This document shows, piece after piece, positions 52,230-64,000 of a stretch of DNA of 64,000 nucleotides. The stretch's first letter is position 1. The number at the start of each line of letters is the position of its first letter. Origin of the DNA: Neocallimastix sp. 'constans'. Lineage: Eukaryota. The notes under the pieces are model-generated. The model ran no database searches. It was not told the DNA's origin and saw only the letters and a list, made by a program, of their open reading frames with translations. The stretch is taken from assembly GCA_050613775.1 (NCBI GenBank), contig JBODTK010000124.1, positions 434,001-498,000 on the forward strand, in the 5' to 3' direction. Made by a program: the position numbers and the translations under genes.

Positions 52230-53554
52230 ATGTTATCAACAACATCAGTATTAAGAGTTAATAAAAATTTAACTAACACTTTAATAATAAATGGAATAAC
52301 AAATTATCAAAGACGTAATGTTAATGTTTTTGCTGAATTTGGAAATTCATTAAAACGTCAATCTAAAGAAAATAAAGAATTCAGAGAATCAGTTGATTAT
52401 TTTTCAAAAAAAGCTGATGTTATATCTAAGACTGCCCCGGTAAGAATTGTTAAATCAGCTACAAATAAAACTAAAGTAAAAATTCAAAATACCAAGAAAA
52501 ATGTTGTTTCTTATATAGAAAGTGATAGTGTTCAACAAAAATGTAAGAAAATGCAAAGAAATTGTGAACATTTTGGTAATACCATTTTAAAGGTAATTTA
52601 AATATCATAAAATAATAATAAAAGATTTAAATTTTATATATTATAAAAATTTATAATGAATAATAAAAAATAATAATAATTTAAAAGTGTAATTTTAAAA
52701 TTTGAAAATAGTTTTTTTTTTTTTTTGATATAAAATTAGATAAAATTATTAAATTATAAAAGTAAAAATTATTAAGAAATAGAAATAAATAATAAAAAAA
52801 ATTAATAGATGATAAATAATAATAATTATAATAATAAAAAATATAAATATATATGTTTTTTTTTAACAATGACACTATTTTTTTTTTTATTATAAATTAC
52901 GTTAATTTATTTATATTTTTTATATAAAAAAATTAATAAAATTATATTATATCAAAAATAATAAATGGAAATCGAAATGGATGGATTAGATAAGTCATCC
53001 ATTTGTTCATAATCCAATAACACGTACTGTTCATAATATATCTAATATCATTACTAGTACATCAACCACCGCACGGTACAATGAATTCCTTACAAAAGAT
53101 GAACGTGAAATTCTTTTTAAAAAGAAGTTAGCTACACAAAAATTTTCTAAAGTAAAATACATGGAATCTAATGAAAATGCAGGATCTTCTTTAGTATTAT
53201 ATAAGATGCCTTTTTTTAAACGTCTTTCCTATAACTTCAAAAATAACAGTACTTTTGCTCAAAAGTATAATAATTTTAAAAACTATTTAGATGATCAAGA
53301 TGGACCTTTAATGGATAGTTTTAGAAATATTGCTAGTAAATTACAAGGTATGTTTGAAGAATCAGAAATGTCAAAAACAGTTAAACGTTTCTCATCGGTT
53401 CATCCAGGATTTTCTATTGAAAAATTCATTAAAGATTGTCAAATGCTTTATCTTCCAGAAGTTTTAGAAGCTTATCTTAAGGGTGATTCAGAAACCTTAA
53501 AGAAATGGTGTGGTGAAGTTGTAAGTATATATATATATAATATAAGTGTATATG

Positions 53555-53585
<31 letters not shown>

Positions 53586-54121
53586 AAAGAAAGAACTAAA
53601 GTCATATTGTTATTATTATATATATAAATATGAATATCTAAAATATATTTTAAATTAAATAACAATAACAATAACAATAATAATAAAATTAAATAAATTT
53701 ATCAATATAAATATAAAATAGACTTATAATGTTCTTAATGCTGGTTTAGAAGCTCAAAAAGCTCAAGGATTAAGTACTCGTTGTGAATTAATTGAACTTC
53801 GTAATTTAGAATTAAATTCTGCTAAATTCCTTGAAAATGATACACCTGTTTTAGTTTTAAGTTTTAATACTCAAGAAATTTTAGCTTTCAGTGATAAGGA
53901 TGGAAAAGTCGTAGTTGGAAAGGAAGTAAGTACAAATGATATATATATATATATAATAAAAATAAAAATAAAATGAAATAAAATAAAAAAATAATATACA
54001 AATATATAAAAATATAAAAAAAAATAATAGTAATAATTAAAATTAATATAATAAAAAAAAAATGAAAAAATCAAAATCAAAAACAACAAAAAAAAATATT
54101 ATAACGATTTATACACAAAAA

Positions 54122-54156
<35 letters not shown>

Positions 54157-54383
54157 GATAAATTGGATATATCGATTAATTTTATAAATTTAAAAAATAT
54201 ATATTTATTAATTATAATAATATGAAATATATTATATTTTAATAGGATAATATTCAACATTGTATTTATGCTGTTGTTTTCTCAAAGAGTCAATTTGTTG
54301 ATCCAAAGAGAAAGATTGATCCAAGAACCGAAGGTTGGATAATAATTGATTTAGCTAAACAACAAAGTTCAAGTGGTTTCTAG
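52230..54383 (+). CDS. TIM44: Mitochondrial/hydrogenosomal inner-membrane import translocase subunit Tim44, about 411 aa, 4 exons
   Basis: Exons 52230-52592, 52990-53520, 53722-53925, 54246-54383 (phase 0, GT-AG). Presequence-like N-terminus; Tim44 motifs SLKRQSKENKEF, FEESEMSKTV, LPEVLEAYLKGDSETLKKWCGE, PVLVLSFNTQE, GKVVVG, GWIIID. Confidence 0.9.
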
Positions 54384-54588
54384 ATTTTTAGATTTCTAGA
54401 TTTTTAATAATCAAAATTATTAATAATAATTTTTTATTTTCATCTTTATAAAATAAAGTTATAAAAAAAATTAAGAAAAAAATATATATATATATATAAG
54501 AAGAGAAAAATATAAATATATATATAATAATAATAATAATATCATAATACATATATATTTTTATATTAAATATATGAATATTTAATTG

Positions 54589-54619
<31 letters not shown>

Positions 54620-54977
54620 GGAAAGAAAAAAGAATAATAATAATAAAAAAAAAAAAAAAAATAAAAATAAAAAATATAAAAAAATAAAAAAAAAATAAAA
54701 AAATAAAAAATATATTTATATATATACTTAAAGAAAAAAAAATTGAAGTGATTAAAATACTACATAGAAAATATATATTTTATCAAAGTATATACATATA
54801 TATATTTATTTATTATTATTTATTATTTATTATTTATTTTTATAACATTTTATTATCATTTGATATTATTTTTAATTTGGTTTAATATATTTACTATTAA
54901 AAAGATGGTTTATTAACCTAATTACCAAAAATTTTATCCATCCATAATCTTTTATAATAAATATAATAATTAATAAT

Positions 54978-55008
<31 letters not shown>

Positions 55009-55237
55009 TATTATATTTCTATTATTTAAATGTAAATCTACCAATCATAATTTGTTATTAAAAGTTGGAAATTTTTTTATTATGATTATTTTTTATTTTT
55101 TTTGTTAATTTATTCTGTATTTTTTTATTATTTTTTATAATTTAATATAATTATAGTTTCTTGTATAATTTTTAATAATTTTTTTTTTTTTTATTTTTAA
55201 TAAATATATAATAATTTTAAATACCTTCTCTTCAAAG

Positions 55238-55505
55238 ATGGATATGGATGTTGATAAAAAAAGTATATATATTATATATATTTAAATAATATATTATTAT
55301 TAGTTTTTATTTATTTATTTATTTTTTTTTTTAAAAGAATATTAATAATAATGAAAGGATAAAATATTTATATAATAAATATAATAAAGAAATTCAATGT
55401 ATCTAACTTTATATTAAAAATTAATATTTTTTCTTTAAATTCAATGTTATTCTTATTTCATATTTTTTATAATATAAATACTTATTCTTAATTATAAAAT
55501 ATTAA

Positions 55506-55540
<35 letters not shown>

Positions 55541-55732
55541 TACTAAAAAAGCAAAAGGTATAACTGAAAAAGGTTTATATGCTAAACTACCAGAGAATAT
55601 AAAACAAGATGCTAAAAAATATGTAAATGAATACAAAAATATATATAAACATATTATGTATTAAATAATTCAATGTTCAATATCGAATTTCATATATAAT
55701 ATTTCATATATTAAATGTTTCTTTTTTAATAT

Positions 55733-55775
<43 letters not shown>

Positions 55776-56534
55776 AATTGAAATTGAAATTTGATTTTAA
55801 ACTATTTTTATATCTTTAAATTTTAAATAAAATGTAAATTTTAACTAATTTTTATTTTCTTATTTTATTTCATTTTATTATTTTATATAATATAATATTT
55901 TATTTTATTTTATTTTATTTTTATTTTAATATAAATTAATTTTTTATATTTTATATAATATATTTTTAATTTTGAATATATATTTTTATAATCTCAATGA
56001 TAAAATAAAAAATAAATAACATTTTAATTTAAATTCAATGAATTCATATTCATATATATATATAAATATATTTATATATCAATCTATTAAAATGAATGAT
56101 AATAAACTATATATATAAAATACATATACATATATATATATGTATATCATACGTATGTCTTTTTTATTTTTAAATAGTATACTACTGCTACAGAAACCAG
56201 TAGTACCACCAACACTAATGAAAATAATAATCAATTTTTACCTGGATTTATAAAAACTATATTAACCACCCCTACCACCTATTCCAATTCTTCAGCTACT
56301 ATTTCATTCAATTATAATGACCAACAAGCTAGTCAAGTCTATGATACCAAAATTGAAAAAAGAAAACAAGTTCCACTCGAAAATTTCCCACTTAGTGATC
56401 AACAAAAAGAAGAAAAAACGAAGGAAAAAAAAATACGCAAGTTATTAAAACGTGCAGGTAAAAAAAATTTGATGTCAAGAAGAGAAAGAAAAAAAAGTGG
56501 TATGTGGGAAATTCCTATGGAAGCTCGAAAGTAT

Positions 56535-56573
<39 letters not shown>

Positions 56574-56654
56574 TATATATATGTAATTAAAAAAAATAAT
56601 AAATTCAAATTTTAATTTTTTTTTTTTTTTTTTTTAAAAAAAATATTTATATAC

Positions 56655-56690
<36 letters not shown>

Positions 56691-57066
56691 TAAATTAAAA
56701 TTTCATGTTTAAATATTAATTACAATAAAATTCAATAAAATAATAATAATAATAATATTAATATTAATAATAACAATAATCACAATAATAAATAATAAAT
56801 AAAGATATGAATTATATAAACCTCTTCATCAACTATGGACCCAATATATGAAAGAATTATTAGGTGATAATATACCAACCAATAATTATAGTGTTATTTA
56901 TTCTAAACTTTTAAAAGCTGATTTTCATGGTTCAGTTATTACAGGTAAATAAAATAAAATAAAATAAAATAAATAAAACTAATGTAATATATATATTATA
57001 ATTTAGTTTTATATATATAATTTTATTTTTTATTTTTATTTTGTAAATATAATAAATAATTACTAA

Positions 57067-57113
<47 letters not shown>

Positions 57114-57508
57114 AATCATTATAATAATTAGTGGTTCAATCTAAATGTCCATCCTATATTGGTAAATCTGGTATTTTATTGAAGGAAACAGAAAATACTT
57201 TTAATATTATAACTAAAAATGATCGTTTATTAAGTGAGTTTCATATAATATATATATATTTATAGAATTTTTTTTTTTTTTTTTTTTTTTAAATTAATTA
57301 ATATATATTTATTGATTTTTTTTTTCTTTTATATATATATAATTTTATTATAATATATAAATGTATTTTAGTTATACCAAAAGCTCATTCTGTATTTACG
57401 ATTCATTATGATAAATTTTTATTTAAAATTTATGGTGATAACTTTAAGGTTCGTTCCGGCGAACGAATTTCTAAAAAATTTAAAATAAAATCTATCGTAG
57501 ATTTATAA
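55238..57508 (+). CDS. POP4: RNase P/MRP subunit p29 (Pop4/Rpp29), about 279 aa, 6 exons
   Basis: Exons 55238-55262, 55540-55622, 56178-56530, 56805-56944, 57132-57233, 57372-57508 join in frame. Motifs YKPLHQLWTQYM, KLLKADFHGSVITVVQSKCPSYIGKSGILLKETENTF, IPKAHSVF, IYG...RSGERISKKFK. Absent from the ORF track; the first two exons are less certain. Confidence 0.88.
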
Positions 57509-57532
57509 GGAAATAGAAAAATAGAATAATAT

Positions 57533-57610
<78 letters not shown>

Positions 57611-57702
57611 TATACATTTTTTTATTTTTCATAATTTTTACCACGACAATATCATCAGCAACAAAACATTGTTATTATTATTAATTTTTTTATATATATA
57701 TA

Positions 57703-57733
<31 letters not shown>

Positions 57734-58464
57734 TTTTTATAAAAATAAAAACTTTTTGAATATTTTATATATTTACAAATAAAATGAAAAAAGAATATAT
57801 TTATATATACATTTAAAATAAAAAAAAAAATACCTACAGTTTAATAATAATAATAATAATAAATACATATAATATATAATATATATTTTTAAAAGTATTG
57901 AACTTTTTTTTTTTTTTGTTTTTTAATTTCATTCTTTATCATATATACAAACTAATATATACAAACTAATATTTATTATTCAACGATTAAATTTTTTTTT
58001 TTTTTTTTTCAATTTTTAAATACATTTATATCTATTATATATATATATATATTGATGATGAAAAAACTATACTAACTTTTATCTCTCGATCTATTCATTT
58101 ATTCATTTATTTTTTTTTTTTTTTTTTTTTTTATTTATTTATTTATTTATTTATTATAAAGTACTATTATAATTTAAAAAAAAAAAAAAAAAAAAAAAAG
58201 GAAAAAGGAAAAAGGAAAGAAAAGGAAAATGAAAAAGAAAAAAAAAAAATAATTACAATTTATAAATAGTATATATAAAAGTTATTTAATTTTATAAAGA
58301 TAAAAGGAGTTACAAAAAAATATAAATAAAATAATATAAAATAAAATAAAAAAAAAAAAAAGGTGATAACAATGAATATCCTAAAGATTTATTATACAAA
58401 ATATATATAAAATAATAAACAAATAAAATAAAATAGAATTAAAATAAAATAATCATGTAGATTA

Positions 58465-58496
<32 letters not shown>

Positions 58497-58497
<1 letters not shown>

Positions 58498-58708
58498 TAT
58501 TTTATTTTATTTTATTTTATTTTATTTTATTTTATTTTATTTTATTTTATTTTATTTTATTTTATTTTATTTTATTTTATTTTATTTTATTTTATTTTAT
58601 TTTATTTTATTTTATTTTATTTTATTTTATTTTATTTTATTTTATTTTATTTTATTTTATTTTATTTTATTTTATTTTATTTTATTTTATTTTATTTTAT
58701 TTTATTTT
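58497..58708. repeat. (TTTTA)n pentamer microsatellite
   Basis: About 40 perfect tandem units. Confidence 0.95.
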
Positions 58709-58828
58709 AATCATATTTTCTTTTTACTTTTTATTTTATTATTTTTTTATTATTATGATTATTATATTTTATTTATTTATTTATTTATTATTATATATAT
58801 AAATATCTTTTTTTTTTTTTTTTTTTTT

Positions 58829-60480
58829 TTAAGAACGAGTAACTAAATTAATTAAGGGTTCTGTTTCATCAGGATCATCCGATTCTTCATCTGAATTTAT
58901 TAAATCTCCTTCTTGTTGAGTTGGACCTTCTTCTATTGGTTCTTCATTTTCTATTTCATTTTCATTTATATTTTCTTCTTCTAATGGAATATCAATGACA
59001 TGAGCATCTTCCGTTGAAGTTACGGATTCAGTATCTAATGAAATTTGATTTTCATCAGTATTATTATAAGAATTATTATTGCTATTGTTAATACTAATAC
59101 TATTATTATTACTGTTATTGTTATTATCATCAGTATGTCCAAGTAATGGTGTATTTTCATCAGCATCATCATCCTCATCACCTGAAATATTACGCTTACA
59201 AATAGGACAAAACTTCTTTCTAGTAGTAAGCCATAAATCAATACATTCAACATGATACTCATGATGGCATGGCAATACACGAAGTTTATCACCATCTTTA
59301 AAGTCATCAATACAAACAGCACATGTTTCAGGATCATTTTCTTTCATTTTCTTCGAATCAAATGTTTTTATTGGAAGAGCATCAACTTCTTCTTGTGTAG
59401 CAGCTCCTAAACTAGCAGATGATTCCGCTTGTAATTCAGCTTCAAAGGAGTCAATTCTAAATTTATATATAATGAATATTCCAAAAATGAAAAAAACTGG
59501 TAATAATGTGGTCATCATAAATATATCAGTAACTGGCCAATCACCATCAGCTTTAATAATGCTAATCTCTTCAAAAGGATAATCTTGTCGAATGGTATAC
59601 ATATCATATTGAAGAATGAAAACTGATGGAATTTGAATATCAGAAGTATCTCCACCAGAATACATGGTAATTAAATGATAATCACCATAATTATTACCAA
59701 CAATTACAGCTTTGGCACCGCTACTTTGCATATTACGAACTTTCTCAGAAAAAGTACAACCTCCACCTCTTTCAATCAAAGCTATAAAACCTTCTTCAAG
59801 AATATTAATTCCATATTTTTTGACAACACTTTTAATCTTTTTTTCCTTTATAATTTTACAACCATAACGTCCATCACTTTCAATCATTTCCATTGGAATA
59901 ACAATACCTTGAATTTCATCTTCACTTAATCTAGGACCAAATGCAGCTAATCTTCCCTTTCAAAGAGAAAAAAAAAAATATTATAAAAATAATAATATTA
60001 TAAAAATAAATATATATAAAAGTAAAAATATAAATAGAAACAATAAAAATTTAAATAAATTAAAATTAATAATAATAATAATATTAATAATAATAATAAT
60101 AATATAAAAATAAAATAAAATAAAATTTAACATTAAAAAATTAAATATAATATATTAAAATTTAAAATTAAAAATTAGTTTTTTTTTTATTTTTTTAAAA
60201 AAAAATAGTTTTATCTTATACATTTCATATTATAAATACATATTATTTTTAATTGAAAACTTAAACTTCATATTTTATAATTATATAATATTCAAACTAC
60301 ATATATATGTAATATATATTTTTGTTATTTTGAACTTACTTGAATGGTTTCATTAGTACTTTTGATAACAATTAACGAATCTGAGAATAAATTTTCATCA
60401 TAGGCCTCACTTGATGGAACAAAGCAACATGCTATCCAAATAATACAAAACATAATCCAGGTAAATTCTTTACAATCCAT
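58829..60480 (-). CDS. PA-TM-RING-H2 E3 ubiquitin ligase (RNF13/RNF167/RMR-like), about 422 aa, 2 exons
   Basis: Exons 60480-60340 (signal peptide) and 59956-58829. AAFGP; PA domain IALIERGGGCTFSEKVRNMQSSGAKAVIVGN; TM helix; RING-H2 CAVCIDDFKDGDKLRVLPCHHEYHVECIDLWLTTRKKFCPICK; acidic tail with dileucine-like ENTPLL and ETEPLI. Confidence 0.92.
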
Positions 60481-60692
60481 TTTTTTTATTGATACTTTTA
60501 TTTTTATATTTATTTTTTTCTTGACTTGTCGTTAATTTTAAATTATTTCAAGATAATTTTTTTTTGTGGAATGCAGTATTTTATTATTATTGATTACACA
60601 ATTATTATTATTATAATTATTTTTTTTTTTAAATAATTAAATTCAATTATGAAAAAAACTTTTTTTTTTTCTAAATTAACTATAAAATAGTA

Positions 60693-60729
<37 letters not shown>

Positions 60730-61885
60730 AATAAAATATGATATTAATTATGAGAAGAGAATAAATAATAAAAATAATACAAAATAACTATATAATTTTT
60801 ATAAAGTAGTATGTTTATGTATAAATATATATATATTTAAGTAATAATATCTTTTTATATAAATAAATATTTAAATGGTAATTTTAAGGAAAAATACAAT
60901 AAATTAAAGTGTCATGATTCAAAAAAAACAATATAATAAAATTGTAAAGTATGAATTGTTATTAATGATTATTAAATACTATGGTACTTCAATGAAATTT
61001 AGTTATTTAATTATTATATATACAATAATTTATAAATTTTAATTTAATTAAACAAAAATATTTTTGCTATATAAGTATATTCATAAATCAATAAATACTT
61101 CAAAAAAAAAAATATTTCTTTCCTTATTATATTCAAAAAAAAAATATTTCTTTCCTTATTATATTTAAAATAATAATAAGTAATAAAATATATATAGTAT
61201 TTATAATAATTGTAATATTATTTTTTTTTTTTTATTAATAAATAAATAAAAATGTTGTGTATAACTTATTATAAAAAAAATAATTATTATTAATACTTAC
61301 ATTATAACAATTAAATTCAATTAATTTAAATTTATTATTTATTGTACAAAAAAAAAAAATATATTAAAATATTTATCTGATAATTACAATAATTTAATAT
61401 GTATGGATTTATTGAGTTTTTTTTTTTTTAATATATGAAAAACGAATTATTCATTTTATGAATGTATATATATTAAAAAGTTCTTTTTTTTTTTACTGAA
61501 TTATTTTTTTTTTTGTTATTTATTTTTTGAAAAAAAAAGAGAAAAACTTTTTTCCTAATAATAATTTTTTTCTTTCTTTATTTTTATTTTTTAACCTTTT
61601 GTTATAACATTTTTTATTTTGTTTTTTATGAAAGGTTATTTCAAATTAAGTCTTGTTATAATAAAATTTCTATACTAATAATAATATACTTGTTATTAAA
61701 TTAATTAGTATATAGATTATTTTATTATTAAATAAATATATTTTCCATTTATAAATTTGCAATACTAACAATATTAAAATAATCTTTCATATAACAAACA
61801 AAATAAAATATATATATATATTAAAAAAGAAATATACGCTTTTTTTTTTTTTTTTATTAAAAATTAAAATATATTTTATCAATAT

Positions 61886-61921
<36 letters not shown>

Positions 61922-62089
61922 TATCTCTTTTTTTTTAATATTTTTTTTTATTTTCTTTTGTTTTTTTAAAAAAAAAAAAAAATATTAAATAAAATGAAAT
62001 TTTATTATTTATTAATAAATACTCTTTTTATTATTATTATTACATTTTTATTTATTATTATTTATTATTTAATTATTATTATAATTATT

Positions 62090-62340
62090 ATTATTTTATT
62101 TATTATTTATTATTTATTATTTATTATTTATTATTTATTATTTATTATTTATTATTTATTATTTATTATTTATTATTTATTATTTATTATTTATTATTTA
62201 TTATTTATTATTTATTATTTATTATTTATTATTTATTATTTATTATTTATTATTTATTATTTATTATTTATTATTTATTATTTATTATTTATTATTTATT
62301 ATTTATTATTTATTATTTATTATTTATTATTTATTATTCA
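62090..62340. repeat. (TTATTTA)n heptamer microsatellite
   Basis: Perfect tandem units; source of the spurious IIYYLLF ORF. Confidence 0.95.
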
Positions 62341-62756
62341 ATTAGTCATCATCAATTAATTAAATAACTATTAGTAGATAAATTTTAATACTTTGTAGTA
62401 TATAATATTAACTAATTAGTATATATTTAATAATCAAAATTATTGAAGGAAACTGGTCAGTAATTAATTATAGTGAATTAAAAAAAATTGAAAAGGCCAT
62501 ACATAAATTTATCTTTAAATGTAAAGAAAAAAAATAGTATTAATCATTTTAGTTAACTTCACTTTCATTAACTTCCAATAATAAATATCAACTATATTCA
62601 TAATATCAATTTATTTATCATTTTATATTATATATTTATTTCTTATTTCTTATTTCTTATTTATTTATTATTGATTATTGATTATTGATTATTGATTATT
62701 GATTATTGATTATTGAATTGATTATTCCACTATTTATTATTTATTATTTATTATTT

Positions 62757-62792
<36 letters not shown>

Positions 62793-63279
62793 CTTATTTA
62801 TTTTTATTAATTAAAAATAAAAATATTTTATTTATATCCATAATATGAACTATTTTAGTATTATTTATTATGTATTATCAATTCTAATTTTTAGTAAATT
62901 TTTTTTTTTTTAATCTACCTAAATTAGGCACTTTCTTATTAAAAAATGAAGAAAATAAAGATTCTCATATAACATATATTGAGTATATTCGAATATATGT
63001 AGTCACATTCTTTGAAATATAATTTAAAACTATTAATATTATACTTTTAATTTATTTGTCACCTTTAAAAACTAATTTTTTAATTAAAAATTATATATTA
63101 TTATTATAAAATATTTATTAAGGGGATTTTCCCAATATTGGGAGCGTTGTATTTCGGAACGTGGGTTTATATATGTGGCGTCTTTAAATAAACTGTTTAT
63201 GTAAGGTGGCTTAAATTAATAAATAATTAAAAATATTTAATAATATTAATATTTAAAATTTTATTTAATTTTAAAGATA

Positions 63280-63810
63280 TTATTATATTTTTGTTCCTTT
63301 TTGGTGGACCTTTAGTTTTAAATGAGCTACTTAATGATATTTCTTTTAGAAACTTATTTTTATCAAAATATCTTCCTATGAATATGTTTAAAACTGAAAA
63401 GGAGCTACATTTCGATAGAGGGGAACAGAGATAATTAAATGAACTACTTTTCAAAGGTTCATCTGAGTCACTTGTTCCAAAAATTGTTGGCTTGGAAGAA
63501 TTATTAACTAGTGCAATACCTATCATAAGTTAGTTCGTTTGAGCTATTATTTGATAGGTATTCCAATATACCAAACTTAACCAAGAGTATCGACGTCATA
63601 CTGATAAGGTATAATAATAATACAGAATCATCATCTATTTCTACGAAGGGTGAATCTCGCCATAGTAGTTCAATAAATGATGAATCCTGGGAGAGTTTAG
63701 TGGACACCACGCTATCTATTATAAAGATGTTACTTCTAGGTTTTATTATTCTTTTATTCGGAAGGAAGGAAGAATTCCTGTATAGTACAACTTGCCGAAA
63801 TATATAGTAT
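63280..63810 (+). pseudogene. Degraded coding remnant, possibly the 3' end of a non-LTR retroelement
   Basis: GC-richer island whose plus strand reads as a broken frame (FLFGGPLVLNELL...QR*LNELLFKG...AIPIIS / FELLFDRYSNIPNLTKSIDV). No diagnostic catalytic motif; identity and strand are tentative. Confidence 0.3.
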
Positions 63811-64000
63811 TTTTGAACTTATTCATTTTTTATTTTTTTTTTTTAACTTTTATTTTTATTTTTAATTTCAAATGTACTTTTTACCTACATATATTTTTTA
63901 TAATAAAATTATGGAAGTGTATTCTCTTTTCTGTCTAAAAATAAAAAAAATTAAAGATATATTTTAATATTTTTAAATTAGCCTAATTCAAAAATGATTA

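Overview
Extremely AT-rich eukaryotic DNA with spliceosomal GT-AG introns, long homopolymers and microsatellites. Composition and gene content (CotH kinase, intronless ankyrin protein, exon-per-repeat LRR membrane protein, a bacterial-type DUF501 gene) suggest an anaerobic gut fungus (Neocallimastigomycota); this is an inference. Eight host genes could be reconstructed: ankyrin protein, LRR receptor-like protein, DUF501, USP-like probable pseudo-deubiquitinase, CotH kinase, TIM44, POP4/RPP29 and a PA-TM-RING E3 ligase. The centre (about 28.8-45.6 kb) is a mobile-element island with three co-oriented minus-strand LTR elements: two recent Ty1/copia elements with (near-)identical LTRs and one 2.1-kb non-coding, non-autonomous element. 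It is bracketed by two related inverted-repeat (MITE-like) elements. The three LTR elements have different LTRs but the same non-canonical primer-binding site, GATTAAGAGTCTCA. This is complementary to the anticodon arm (nt 27-40) of tRNA-Lys(CUU) rather than a tRNA 3' end, implying half-tRNA-Lys priming. All three sit inside simple AT repeats. The non-autonomous element also carries anti-PBS hairpins and a cluster of ACGCGT (MCB-like) sites. An old copia relic (about 7-10.8 kb) is decaying by poly(A) expansion, and one or two LINE remnants are present.
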